Below are positions 44,978 through 54,493 of a DNA stretch of 64,000 nucleotides, one piece after another. Source of the stretch: an uncultured Magnetococcales bacterium (GTDB lineage Bacteria > Pseudomonadota > Magnetococcia > Magnetococcales > CAYFNE01); the NCBI GenBank assembly GCA_964344355.1, contig CAYFNE010000020.1:120-64119 (forward strand), in the 5' to 3' direction. Position 1 is the first letter of the stretch. Every line of letters starts with the position of its first letter. Position numbers and translations under genes: made by a program. The notes under the pieces were generated by a model, which was not told the origin of the DNA, searched no databases, and saw nothing but the letters and a program-made list of their open reading frames with translations.

Positions 44978-46075
44978 ATGATGAAACTTGAAAAATATCA
45001 TTGGCGCCATTTTTTCGGTGGCGTCGCCTTCGTGCTGCTCGTCCTGCAACTGCTGACCGGGGTGTTCCTGACACTGTTTTATCAACCGCACCTGAAAGAG
45101 GCCTACGACAGCGTCCGCTGGCTGTACAACGAATTTCCCACCGGCGCCTACATCCGCGACGGCCACCGCTGGATCGCCATGTTCCTGATGATCACCGTGA
45201 TCATCCACTCCATCCGCAGCCTCTACCGCAAGGATTTCCACAATCCCGACGGCAAGGTCCTCTGGGTGACCGGCGCCCTGCTGCTGTTGCCGTTGCTGGC
45301 CTTCCTGGCCACCGGTTTCATCCTGCCCTGGGAGTGGCGGGCCTACTGGTACATGGAAATGATCCCCAACATGTTCCAACACATCCCCCTGGCCGGCCCC
45401 ACCATCAAACAGTTCCTGCTCGACGCCTTCACCATGAACCGGGCCTTCGTCGCCCATGTGGTGATCCTGCCGTTCCTCACCTTCATTCTGGTGGATTATC
45501 ACATTCTCACCAAAACCCGGAAAAAAAAGCGCGGCCTGCTCGGCTATCTCATGCGTCACAGCCTGTTGGCCCTGCCGTTTTTCATCGCCATCGGCTACCT
45601 GGTGGCCACCATTCCCACCCCCACCCAGGACCCGGAGATCATTCCCATGCCCCTGGAAGGGACCGACATTCCCACCGTCGACTGGTTCCTGCTGGTCTTC
45701 TGGATCCCGTTGCTGCACTTCAAGGCCAACATCGCCCCGATCTTCGGCCTCTATCTTCCCATCGCCGTTTTTGTCATACTGGCCCTGTTGCCGTTTTATC
45801 TGAAGGCCAAAAAGCGGGAACCGGGCGAGGAGCGGAAGTTCGGCAAGACCATCGTCGCCTCCGGCACCATCCTCACCGTCGCGGCGCTGTTCGGGCTGAT
45901 GTTCATGGGCACGCGTGTTTCGCCGACCCTGGGCTGCAACTCCTGTCACAACACCATGCTCGGCATGCGCATGGGAGTGCCGCCGGACGCCTTCAAGGAC
46001 CATAAAATCGTGCCACTGCTTGAAGATGAAGAGTGGATGACCCTACACTGGTTCTACCCGCAACGGATGTGGTGA
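44978..46075 (+). CDS. Fused cytochrome b6-like + subunit-IV-like + haem c protein (paralogue of 38881..40216)
   Basis: 'GHRWIAMFLMITVIIH' (H-x13-H), 'AHVVILPFLTFILVDYH' (H-x14-H), 'ILPWEWRAYW', 'IPTVDWFLLVFW', 'CNSCHN'. RBS AAGGAG. Confidence 0.85.
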   Translation: MMKLEKYHWRHFFGGVAFVLLVLQLLTGVFLTLFYQPHLKEAYDSVRWLYNEFPTGAYIRDGHRWIAMFLMITVIIHSIRSLYRKDFHNPDGKVLWVTGALLLLPLLAFLATGFILPWEWRAYWYMEMIPNMFQHIPLAGPTIKQFLLDAFTMNRAFVAHVVILPFLTFILVDYHILTKTRKKKRGLLGYLMRHSLLALPFFIAIGYLVATIPTPTQDPEIIPMPLEGTDIPTVDWFLLVFWIPLLHFKANIAPIFGLYLPIAVFVILALLPFYLKAKKREPGEERKFGKTIVASGTILTVAALFGLMFMGTRVSPTLGCNSCHNTMLGMRMGVPPDAFKDHKIVPLLEDEEWMTLHWFYPQRMW

Positions 46076-46078
46076 TTC

Positions 46079-46106
46079 GGAGGACGGAGGACAGAGGACG
46101 GAGAAC
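46079..46106. repeat. Four tandem purine-rich heptamers (GGAGGAC GGAGGAC AGAGGAC GGAGAAC)
   Basis: Read directly. Begins 3 nt after the stop codon of the fused cytochrome b gene. Confidence 0.9.
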
Positions 46107-46327
46107 AAAAACCAGAACTCTGGCTTGGCAAGTAAGGTAGGCAGGATACGGGTGGGTCCGCCTTTTCACCTGTTTGATGATATTTTCGGCTGGCCGTGTT
46201 GTTCCAGGTCCGTTGGTGAAAACAACGACCTGCTACCTGGTTCGGGGTTTTTCCCCTTTTGCCACCGATGAGAAAGTGGTCATGGTTAATGTGCTGACTT
46301 AGAAAACGGAAGACAGAATTCGGACTG

Positions 46328-46852
46328 ATGAAAAAAATCGGGTTGATCATGATGGGGCTGCTGTTGGCCGCGGTATTGGGACTCGGTGGTCTCTTGTTGG
46401 TGCCCAACTCCATCGGCGAGGAGGTGTTGCGCAATGCCAAGGCGCGGGGTTATCTGCCCTATGATCCGGATGAAGCGGTGGCCATGGCCTATGAGCGGTG
46501 CGGGGGGTGTCATGAGGATGAAAAAATTCTCAAATATTGCGCCCGCTGCGGTCCACCCTTTATCGTTGTCGCCAATTTCATGCAAAAATATATCGACGTC
46601 GCCAACAGTCAGGGGGCGTCGATCCCGCCCTTCACCCAAGCGGAGTTGATCGCCATCATCCAGGTTTGGAACGGGCTGGTCGGCAACTGGGAGAAGGATT
46701 GGCGGCGGGAAGACCTGAAACATCTGCTGCGCGGCAATCAAGTCATGATCGACCTGCTGGAGACGCCGGTGGAACAACGGCCCATCGAGTCGGCCTTGAA
46801 GGACAGAAGCGCCCCCGGTTCCTACAAGGAAGTGGATCAATCGGGTGGCTGA
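46328..46852 (+). CDS. Membrane-anchored small protein with a single CXXCH motif
   Basis: N-terminal TM 'IGLIMMGLLLAAVLGLGGLLLV'. 'CGGCHEDEKILKYCARCG'. Confidence 0.6.
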   Translation: MKKIGLIMMGLLLAAVLGLGGLLLVPNSIGEEVLRNAKARGYLPYDPDEAVAMAYERCGGCHEDEKILKYCARCGPPFIVVANFMQKYIDVANSQGASIPPFTQAELIAIIQVWNGLVGNWEKDWRREDLKHLLRGNQVMIDLLETPVEQRPIESALKDRSAPGSYKEVDQSGG

Positions 46853-46874
46853 ACGGGGATCGGGGAGCGTTTAG

Positions 46875-47825
46875 ATGATCGAAGTGGAAAAGCTGACCAA
46901 GATGTTCGGTCCGCACAAGGCGGTGGAAGAGGTGACCTTCAGCGCCGGAAAAGGGGAAATTTTGGGATTTCTCGGCCCCAACGGCGCCGGAAAGACCACC
47001 ACCATGCGGATTCTCACCTGTTTTTTCCCGCCCAGCGGCGGCAAGGCCATGGTCGCCGGCCATGACTGTTTCGAAGAGTCCCTGGAGGTGCGCAAACGGA
47101 TCGGCTATCTGCCGGAGAGCGTGCCGCTCTACCGGGAGATGACGGTTCAGGCCTATCTCTCCTTCGTGGCCGGGGCCAAGGGGATGCTGGCCAGGGATGT
47201 CAAACAGGGGGTAACCCGGGTCATGGGGGATTGCGGCCTGGAACACGTGGCCAAACGCCCCATCGGCAATCTTTCCAAAGGCTATCGCCAGCGGGTGGGA
47301 CTGGCACAGGCCCTGGTCAACGACCCGGAGGTGCTGATCCTCGATGAACCGACCGTCGGCCTGGATCCCCGGCAAATCCGCGAGATCCGCAAACTGATCA
47401 AGGATCTGGCCGGACGGCGCACGGTGATCCTCAGCACCCACATCCTGCCCGAAGTGAGCATGGTCTGCAGCCGCATCGTCATCATCAACAATGGCCGGGT
47501 GGTGGCGGTGGACACACCGGAAAACCTCACCGCCCACCTGCGCGCCTCCACCCGCATGTTGTTGCGGGTCGGTATCGGCGATCCGGAAACGGTGGTCAAG
47601 GCGTTGCGGGCGGTGTCCGGGGTCCGCGAGGTCACCCACAATCCGGAAGCGACCCTGGACGGCGTACACGGTTATACGGTGGAACTCGACGAGGGGGCCG
47701 ACGCCCGGCGCACCCTGCCACCGGTGGTCATCCAAAACAGCTGGGATCTGATCGAAATGCGCGCCCTGGAAATGAGCCTGGAGGAAATTTTCATCAAACT
47801 GGTGACGCGGGAGGACGGGGTATGA
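46875..47825 (+). CDS. ABC transporter ATP-binding protein (ABC-2 type)
   Basis: Walker A 'GPNGAGKTT', signature 'LSKGYRQRV', Walker B 'VLILDEPTVGLD'. RBS GGGGAG. Confidence 0.9.
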   Translation: MIEVEKLTKMFGPHKAVEEVTFSAGKGEILGFLGPNGAGKTTTMRILTCFFPPSGGKAMVAGHDCFEESLEVRKRIGYLPESVPLYREMTVQAYLSFVAGAKGMLARDVKQGVTRVMGDCGLEHVAKRPIGNLSKGYRQRVGLAQALVNDPEVLILDEPTVGLDPRQIREIRKLIKDLAGRRTVILSTHILPEVSMVCSRIVIINNGRVVAVDTPENLTAHLRASTRMLLRVGIGDPETVVKALRAVSGVREVTHNPEATLDGVHGYTVELDEGADARRTLPPVVIQNSWDLIEMRALEMSLEEIFIKLVTREDGV

Positions 47826-48607
47826 ACCTGCGCAACGTCGGTTTGATCGTCCGCAAGGAGTTGCACGCCTATTTCAACTCCTTCATCGCCTATGCGGTGA
47901 TCGCCATGTTCCTGGTGATCACCGGCTATTTTTTCTACAACCTGCTCTCCAGCTTTTCGGTGATCAGTTTTCAGGCGCAAGCCAACCCGATGCTGGCCAA
48001 ACAGTATAACCTGCTCAACATCAATGAAACGGTGGTGCGGCCGTTGTTCGGCAACATCAGCATGATCATGCTGTTGATGACGCCATTGTTGACCATGCGC
48101 CTGATCGCCGAAGAGCGCAAATCCGGCACCATGGAGCTGTTGTTAACCTTTCCCCTGCGCGACGTGGAGGTGGTGATCGGCAAGTTTCTCGCCTGTTTCA
48201 CCGTGTTCGCCACCATGATCACCGCCACCGCCAGCTTTCCGATCCTGCTGATCGTGCTGGGGGAACCGGAGGTGATGCCGATCCTCACCGGCTACCTGGG
48301 ACTGTTGCTGCTGGGCGGGGCCTTCATCTCCCTGGGCATCTTCACCTCCTCCCTGACCGAAAACCAGATCATCGCCGCGTCGGTCTCCTTCGCCATCCTG
48401 TTCATCTTCTGGCTGATGAGCTACTCCACGGTGTTCCTCTCCGCCGACCTCGGCCGCATCATCAGCTACATCGCCATCACCGAACATCTGGAAAGTCTGG
48501 CCAAGGGCGTGTTGGATACCGCCGATTTGATCTACTATTTCAACTTTATCGTTCTGTTCCTGTTTCTCACGCTGAGAAGCCTGGAATCCAAAAGGTGGCG
48601 GGGATGA
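47822..48607 (+). CDS. ABC-2 family permease
   Basis: Six hydrophobic segments. ATGA overlap with the ATPase gene. Gene order ATPase-permease-GldG-like. Confidence 0.8.
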   Translation: MNLRNVGLIVRKELHAYFNSFIAYAVIAMFLVITGYFFYNLLSSFSVISFQAQANPMLAKQYNLLNINETVVRPLFGNISMIMLLMTPLLTMRLIAEERKSGTMELLLTFPLRDVEVVIGKFLACFTVFATMITATASFPILLIVLGEPEVMPILTGYLGLLLLGGAFISLGIFTSSLTENQIIAASVSFAILFIFWLMSYSTVFLSADLGRIISYIAITEHLESLAKGVLDTADLIYYFNFIVLFLFLTLRSLESKRWRG

Positions 48608-50217
48608 AAAATTTTGGCACTTCCCTTCTGATCGGCATCGCCGCGCTGGTCTGCATCGCCGCCGGCGGCATCATTCAATCGATCACCGGCGAGTTGGGCA
48701 ACCTGCCCCTGTCGCTGATCTGGATCGGCATCCTCGGGCTGCTGCTGCTGTTCTACGTCAACTTCGGCCGCATCCGCGAGCTGCTGGCCACCCGTTCCAC
48801 CCGCTATGGCGCCAACATGATCGTGATGATCACCATTTTCGTGGTCATCCTCGGCATGATCAGCACCATGTCGGTCAAATACAAGATACGCGCCGATCTC
48901 ACCGCCAACCAGCGGTACTCGCTGTCCAAACAGACGGTCAAACTGTTGCGCTCCCTGGACCGGGAGGTGGAGGCCATCGCCTTCTACCGCACCGATGAGC
49001 GCACCCGTCAGGCGATGGTGGACCTGCTGGGCGAGTACGCCTATCACTCGCCGCATTTCAAGTTCTGGTTCGTCGATCCCGACAAACGGCCGGCCGAGGC
49101 GGCCAAGTATGGCGTCACCTCCTACCGGACCACCCTGTTGCGCAGCAAGGGCAAACAGGAGGTGGTCTCCTTCGAAAGCGAATCCAAGGTCACCAACGCC
49201 CTGATGAAGGTGCTGCGCGACAAGGTGAAAACGGTCTATCTCACCCGGGGCCACGGTGAAAACAGCATCGGTGACCAGGCGGAGTACGGGTACGCCCTGG
49301 CGAAAAAGTTCATGGAACAGGAGAGCTACCGGGTCAAGGAGTTGTTGCTGGTGGGTGAAAAAACCATCCCCGAGGATGCCTCGGTGGTGGTGGTCAGCGG
49401 TCCGCGCAAGGATTTGCAACCGGAAGAGTTGGAAAAACTGGACCTGTTCCTCAAGGATGGCGGCAGCGTCCTGTTCATGCTCGATCCCGCCCCCCTCCCC
49501 CACACCCTGGATTATCTGGAACGGCTCGATTTCAAGGTCGGCAACGATATCGTCGTCGACAAGTTGATCCGCATCATGGGCACCAACTATCTGACGCCGG
49601 TAGTGATGGATTACAACAAGGAACACCCCCTGACCCGGGACATGGAGAACATCTACACCTTTTTCCCCATCGCCCGATCGGTGGAGATCGACGACGATCC
49701 CGGCAAGGGCCGTTACACCCTGGCGCGCAGCAGCTCCAGCAGTTGGGCGCGCAGCAAGGGTCAGCTCAAGGATGACAACGTTCAGTTCGACCCCGAGCTG
49801 GATCGGCGCGGTCCGGTGGGCATCATCTCGGTGGCCGCGGTCAAGGTGGCTGAATCCGGTGACGGCAAAAAGGCCGAACCCACCGCCGATGGTGGCGACG
49901 CAGCGGCGAAAAAGGGCGAAAAAAGCGGTGATGAAATCAACCGTTGGGGGAAGATCATCGTCACCGGTGATTCCAACTTCGCCAGCAACACCCACATCAA
50001 ACTGGCCGGCAATCGCGATCTGTTCCTCAATACCATCAACTGGCTGGCGGCCGAGGCGGCGCTCATTTCGGTGCGGGGCAAACAACCGGGCCTGAGCCCG
50101 TTGACCCTCACCTCCTCGGAAGGACGCCTGGTCTTTTGGGTATCGGTGATCATCATGCCGTCGCTGTTCCTGGTCATCGGCGCCGGCGTCCTGCTCAGGC
50201 GTAAGAACGAAGCATGA
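48604..50217 (+). CDS. GldG-like ABC-transporter auxiliary protein (N- and C-terminal TM, large periplasmic domain)
   Basis: N-terminal and C-terminal TM helices flank a ~450-aa soluble region, the typical GldG architecture. ATGA overlap at 48604. Confidence 0.65.
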   Translation: MKNFGTSLLIGIAALVCIAAGGIIQSITGELGNLPLSLIWIGILGLLLLFYVNFGRIRELLATRSTRYGANMIVMITIFVVILGMISTMSVKYKIRADLTANQRYSLSKQTVKLLRSLDREVEAIAFYRTDERTRQAMVDLLGEYAYHSPHFKFWFVDPDKRPAEAAKYGVTSYRTTLLRSKGKQEVVSFESESKVTNALMKVLRDKVKTVYLTRGHGENSIGDQAEYGYALAKKFMEQESYRVKELLLVGEKTIPEDASVVVVSGPRKDLQPEELEKLDLFLKDGGSVLFMLDPAPLPHTLDYLERLDFKVGNDIVVDKLIRIMGTNYLTPVVMDYNKEHPLTRDMENIYTFFPIARSVEIDDDPGKGRYTLARSSSSSWARSKGQLKDDNVQFDPELDRRGPVGIISVAAVKVAESGDGKKAEPTADGGDAAAKKGEKSGDEINRWGKIIVTGDSNFASNTHIKLAGNRDLFLNTINWLAAEAALISVRGKQPGLSPLTLTSSEGRLVFWVSVIIMPSLFLVIGAGVLLRRKNEA

Positions 50218-51161
50218 ACTTTACCCGCAAAACCCTGTTCTGGGTCATCACCCTGGTCTTTCTCGCCGGCACCTTCCACCTGATGGACCGCAAGGTGGAA
50301 GAGACCAAAAAGATCGAGGAGGTCAAACAACGGCTGTTCCCCTTCGAGCCGGAGCGGATCGACAGCTTTGAAATCAGCAGCCGGGGCCGTCTGCGCGCCC
50401 GGGTGGTGCGTGACGACGCCGGCTGGCAACTGGACAAACCGTTGACCGCCAAGGGCGACAAGGAGGCCATCGACAAATTTTTGGTCAATGTCCTCAAGGC
50501 CAAACGGGACGCGGTGCTGTTTGAAACGCCGGAGCCGGACAAACTGAAAGAGTTGGGGTTGGACGATCCCGAACTGGAGATGCATTTTACCGTTCAGGGA
50601 CGGACCACCACCATCCAGTTCGGCGACAAAGGACCGACCAACAATGTCGCCTATGCCCGTTTCAAGGGCGAAACCCGGGTGTTGCGCATCCATTCGGATG
50701 TCAAACAGGAGGCGGACAGGAGCGTTTATCAACTTCGGGACAAGACGGTTCTGGACTTCGAACCATTGGAAACGGTGCGCATGGAGCTGATCCGCCAGGA
50801 TAAAAAACCGGTGGTGGTGCGCCATGACCGCGGCATGTGGGACATGATCGAACCGGTGGTGGCCCGGGCCAACATGGCCAATGTCCTGGAGACCATGTAT
50901 ACGATCAAAAATGGTGAAATCAAGGCTTTCATCCATGAAAACCCGGAGGACCCGGCCCTTTACGGCCTGGATGAGCCCAAAATCATCGTCGCCCTGCTGC
51001 ACAAGGAAGCCAAGAAGCCGCAACGGTTGTTGATCGGCAAAAAAGACCGGTCGCGCCGGGGTTATTTCGCCAAACGCGAAGGAGAAGCACCGGTATTTTT
51101 ACTGGAGGAGCCGCTGGTACACAACCTGATGGCCGACGACGGCAAATGGCGGGAGGGATGA
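50214..51161 (+). CDS. DUF4340-like periplasmic protein with N-terminal anchor
   Basis: N-terminal TM 'LFWVITLVFLAGTF'. Positioned after a GldG-like gene, as DUF4340 proteins usually are. ATGA overlap. Confidence 0.55.
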   Translation: MNFTRKTLFWVITLVFLAGTFHLMDRKVEETKKIEEVKQRLFPFEPERIDSFEISSRGRLRARVVRDDAGWQLDKPLTAKGDKEAIDKFLVNVLKAKRDAVLFETPEPDKLKELGLDDPELEMHFTVQGRTTTIQFGDKGPTNNVAYARFKGETRVLRIHSDVKQEADRSVYQLRDKTVLDFEPLETVRMELIRQDKKPVVVRHDRGMWDMIEPVVARANMANVLETMYTIKNGEIKAFIHENPEDPALYGLDEPKIIVALLHKEAKKPQRLLIGKKDRSRRGYFAKREGEAPVFLLEEPLVHNLMADDGKWREG

Positions 51162-51164
51162 TCG

Positions 51165-51950
51165 ATGCATGAAGAGAAAAAAGGTTTTTTCACCCCCTGG
51201 CGGAACGTCGTCCTCGGTTTGCTGGCGGTGGCCGTCATCGGTGGTCTGGTCGCCTGGGTCGGAAAAGGGCTGGTGAGCCCGCCCACCGGGCCGAAATTTC
51301 CGCTGGAACTGTCGGATGTCATCCTGCCATCGCCAAAAATCATCAAACCGTTCCAATTGGTCGATCAGGATCGGAACCCTTTCGGCCTGGAACAACTCAA
51401 AGGGAACTGGACCTTCCTGTTTTTCGGCTATACCCACTGTCCGGATGTTTGCCCCCTGGCCCTGGGCATGTTGGCGGAACTGTTCGAACGGTTGAAAACG
51501 AGCGCCCCGGACGCCCTGGAACGGACCAGGGTGGCGTTCATCTCCGTGGATCCCAAACGGGACACCACGGAACGGTTGAAACAGTATGTGCTCTATTTCA
51601 ACCCGGCCTTCAAAGGGGTGACCGGCACTGAAAAGGCCATCAAGGCCTTTTCCCGGCAACTGGGGGCGCTCTATTTCATGCCCGGGGATTTCAAGGGTGC
51701 CGATGGCAAACCGGTGAAGAGCGGCCTGGTCGACCCCAACGCCAAGACGCCGGAAGAGGATGAGGGGTATCAGGTCAGTCACACCAGCGCCTTTTTCCTG
51801 GTGGACCCCCTGGGACGGTTGGTGGCGATCTTCCCGGAATACAACAACACCGACATCATTCAGGAAGAATATGTCCGCATTCGCAAGTTCGTCAAAATTC
51901 GCAACATCTATGGAGACGCCGAGCGGGCCGAAACGGGTGAACAGGGTTGA
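51165..51950 (+). CDS. SCO1/SenC copper chaperone
   Basis: 'FFGYTHCPDVCP' CX3C motif and downstream 'VSHTSAFFLVDP' His. N-terminal anchor. Confidence 0.9.
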   Translation: MHEEKKGFFTPWRNVVLGLLAVAVIGGLVAWVGKGLVSPPTGPKFPLELSDVILPSPKIIKPFQLVDQDRNPFGLEQLKGNWTFLFFGYTHCPDVCPLALGMLAELFERLKTSAPDALERTRVAFISVDPKRDTTERLKQYVLYFNPAFKGVTGTEKAIKAFSRQLGALYFMPGDFKGADGKPVKSGLVDPNAKTPEEDEGYQVSHTSAFFLVDPLGRLVAIFPEYNNTDIIQEEYVRIRKFVKIRNIYGDAERAETGEQG

Positions 51951-51956
51951 CAAAAC

Positions 51957-52715
51957 ATGTTGAAACGGCTGATTCCCCTACTGTTGCCGCTGCTCCTGTG
52001 GAGCGGTTGGGCCGGCGCCGATGATCTGGTCATCGGTCGCATGCGCGTGGCGGTATGGCCCGAATATGACGATCCCGGCGCCCTGGTCACCTACGATGGC
52101 CGGTTCGCCGACCCGACCGCTTTCCCCACCAAGACCCATTTTTATCTGCCAAAAAATGTCGTGGTCAGCGATGCCTGCAGCCTGTCGCCGGATGGGCAAC
52201 ATTTTTGCCAGATATTCAAGATTGAAGAGGGGGACGAGACGTGGAATGAAATCGAACTGTGGCTGCCGTTCCCCAATTTTTATCTCAGCTTTCATCTACC
52301 GCAACTGGACCTGAGTTCGGACCGGCGTCGATTGGACTATCGGTTCCTGTCCAACCACACCATTCAAATCCTCGAACTGGATATTCAACAACCGTTGCGC
52401 TCCAGCGATTTTCGCATCACCCCCACCGGTGGGAAGTCGAGTGTGCAGAAGGATTTCAACCATTTCGCCTATCGTCTGGAAAACATTGAAGCGGATGATG
52501 AGCAAGTGTTCGAAATCACCTATGTGAAAGCCGACCATAAACCCTCGGTGGACATCAAATATTCATCGATGTCCGGCCCCAAGGTTTGGGGCTCCCCGTA
52601 TGAAACCCAGAAAAAGGTCGGTGTTTTCATCTATCTCCTGGTCGGCTCCGGTGTGGTGGTCCTGCTGGGCATCCTCTGGTATCTGTTGCGAAAAAAACGG
52701 CCGGCGCCGTCATGA
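51957..52715 (+). CDS. Secreted protein with C-terminal TM anchor, unknown function
   Basis: Signal 'LIPLLLPLLLWSGWAGA'. C-terminal 'VFIYLLVGSGVVVLLGILWYLL'. Confidence 0.6.
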   Translation: MLKRLIPLLLPLLLWSGWAGADDLVIGRMRVAVWPEYDDPGALVTYDGRFADPTAFPTKTHFYLPKNVVVSDACSLSPDGQHFCQIFKIEEGDETWNEIELWLPFPNFYLSFHLPQLDLSSDRRRLDYRFLSNHTIQILELDIQQPLRSSDFRITPTGGKSSVQKDFNHFAYRLENIEADDEQVFEITYVKADHKPSVDIKYSSMSGPKVWGSPYETQKKVGVFIYLLVGSGVVVLLGILWYLLRKKRPAPS

Positions 52716-53134
52716 CCATTTTCAGACAGTTGTTGCTGCCGTTGCTGTTTTTGGCCGTGCTGTCGCCGACCGCCGCCCGGGCGTTGACCGTCGGCGAGGT
52801 GGCCCGTGATCTGGCCTGCCCCTGTGAATGTCCCCTGATCCTGGAAGATTGCAACATGAGTTGCGGCCTGGACTGGAAAAATCAGGTGGGGGAGATGATT
52901 CGCCAGGGCAAGAGCAAACAGGAGATCATGGATTATTTTTATGAAAAACATGGCGAGGCGGCGCACCTGACCACCCTGCAGCGCATCGAGGGAAAAATTT
53001 TTCAGTACACCCGCGGATTTGGCGATCGGGAGTGGTTGTTGCTCTGGAGCGGTCTCGGCCTGTGGGTGTTGATCCTGTTCCTGGGCATTTTCGTCGGTGT
53101 CCGAAAATTCCTCTCCCGAACCAAAACCCCTTAG
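52712..53134 (+). CDS. CcmH/NrfF-like protein with atypical CPCEC motif
   Basis: Signal peptide, 'LACPCECPLILEDC' where CcmH has LRCxxC, 'KSKQEIMDYFYEKHGE' CcmH-like helix, C-terminal TM. Confidence 0.6.
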   Translation: MTIFRQLLLPLLFLAVLSPTAARALTVGEVARDLACPCECPLILEDCNMSCGLDWKNQVGEMIRQGKSKQEIMDYFYEKHGEAAHLTTLQRIEGKIFQYTRGFGDREWLLLWSGLGLWVLILFLGIFVGVRKFLSRTKTP

Positions 53135-53138
53135 ATCG

Positions 53139-53978
53139 GTGCGTACCCTGTTGCTCACCCTGGCGGTTTTCCTGGCGCTCGCCCTCACCGCCGCCAGCAT
53201 CGGTTTTCTGGTATTGATCGATCCGGGTCCGCAAGGACGTCTCGCCTATCTGGAACGTTCAGCACGCCTGTTGTTGCACCGGCACGGATTGGTGAGCGAT
53301 TTGAGCCAGGCGGAGATCGAAGCGGTTTACCGATCGACCTGCACGCGCAAATGCCATGGCCGGGATGTGATTGAAAAAACCCCGCGCACGGCCATGGAGT
53401 GGGAGATGATCGTGCAGCGGATGAAACAGGCCGTTCGCGCCGGGGTGCGCGCCGACATCACCGAACCGGAGGCGCGGACGGTGGTCACCCATCTGCAGCG
53501 AAACTTTTTGAGCAACGTGCCGACGGTGATGCCGCCAAAGATCATGGCCTTTATGAAAAAACATCTGTGGCGTATCGATTTCGGCGAGCGGGACATCTAT
53601 CTGGATGTCATCTACATGCCGCTCCGGCAACGGTATCTGGCCCCTTATATCGCCCGGACCCAATCGCCGTTGACCGGCGCCGATACCCAGTTCGTTCTCT
53701 ATATCAACACCCACCAGGGGGTTTTGCCCGGCTGGGACCTGACCCACCTGGCCACCCTGGATGATGGCCGGGGCGCCCCTTTGAACTCGCACCGGTGGCA
53801 GGTGCTCTATGAAGACAATGACAAACACCACCGTCAGGGCATTCTCAGTTTCCCGCCCCTGCGCGGCCAGGGTGAAAAACCACGAACCCTGGAGATGACC
53901 CTGAAACTGCCCAACATGCGCAAACGGGTGTTTCAATGGTTTTTGCCGATTCCGGAACTGGAGGAAAACGTCGAATGA
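53139..53978 (+). CDS. Signal-anchored protein with CX3CH motif, unknown function
   Basis: GTG at 53139 is 4 nt after the upstream stop and gives 'VRTLLLTLAVFLALALTAASIGFLVLI'. 'STCTRKCHGRDVIEKTPRTAMEWEMIVQRM' (nt 53340-53357 for C..CH). Confidence 0.55.
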   Translation: MRTLLLTLAVFLALALTAASIGFLVLIDPGPQGRLAYLERSARLLLHRHGLVSDLSQAEIEAVYRSTCTRKCHGRDVIEKTPRTAMEWEMIVQRMKQAVRAGVRADITEPEARTVVTHLQRNFLSNVPTVMPPKIMAFMKKHLWRIDFGERDIYLDVIYMPLRQRYLAPYIARTQSPLTGADTQFVLYINTHQGVLPGWDLTHLATLDDGRGAPLNSHRWQVLYEDNDKHHRQGILSFPPLRGQGEKPRTLEMTLKLPNMRKRVFQWFLPIPELEENVE

Positions 53979-54493
53979 ACCGTGCCGCGAGATCACGACC
54001 CGGATTTTCCCGGCCCCTGCTGGGCCTGCTGGCGGTCTGCGCCCTGCTTTTGTCCGGCTGTGAGGAGGAGTCGCCGCCGACCAGCAAGAGCCCGGCGCCC
54101 GATTTCACCCTCGACCTGTTCACCGGTGGACAGTTCAAGATGGCCGAGCACAAGGGCCAACCGGTGGTGATCAATTTTTTCGCCTCCTGGTGTGTGCCCT
54201 GTGGCGAAGAGGCGCCGGTTTTTGAGACCGGTTATCATGAATATCGGCAAAAGGGGGTGCGCTTCGTCGGCGTCGCCAGCCAGGATACCGAGAGCAAGGC
54301 CAAGGGGTTCGTCAAAAAACATGGACTCACCTTTCCCACCGGTCTCGACCACACGGGAAAAATTCGCGAAGCCTATGGGGTGTTCGGCATGCCCACCACC
54401 TTTTTCGTCGATCGCAACGGCATCATCAACGAACTCCACGTCGGCGGCGTCACCAAGGATTTGATGAAATATGAACTGGACAAAATTCTTTAA
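53975..54493 (+). CDS. TlpA/ResA-like periplasmic thioredoxin lipoprotein
   Basis: Lipobox 'LLLSGC'. 'FFASWCVPCGEE'. ATGA overlap. Confidence 0.85.
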   Translation: MNRAARSRPGFSRPLLGLLAVCALLLSGCEEESPPTSKSPAPDFTLDLFTGGQFKMAEHKGQPVVINFFASWCVPCGEEAPVFETGYHEYRQKGVRFVGVASQDTESKAKGFVKKHGLTFPTGLDHTGKIREAYGVFGMPTTFFVDRNGIINELHVGGVTKDLMKYELDKIL

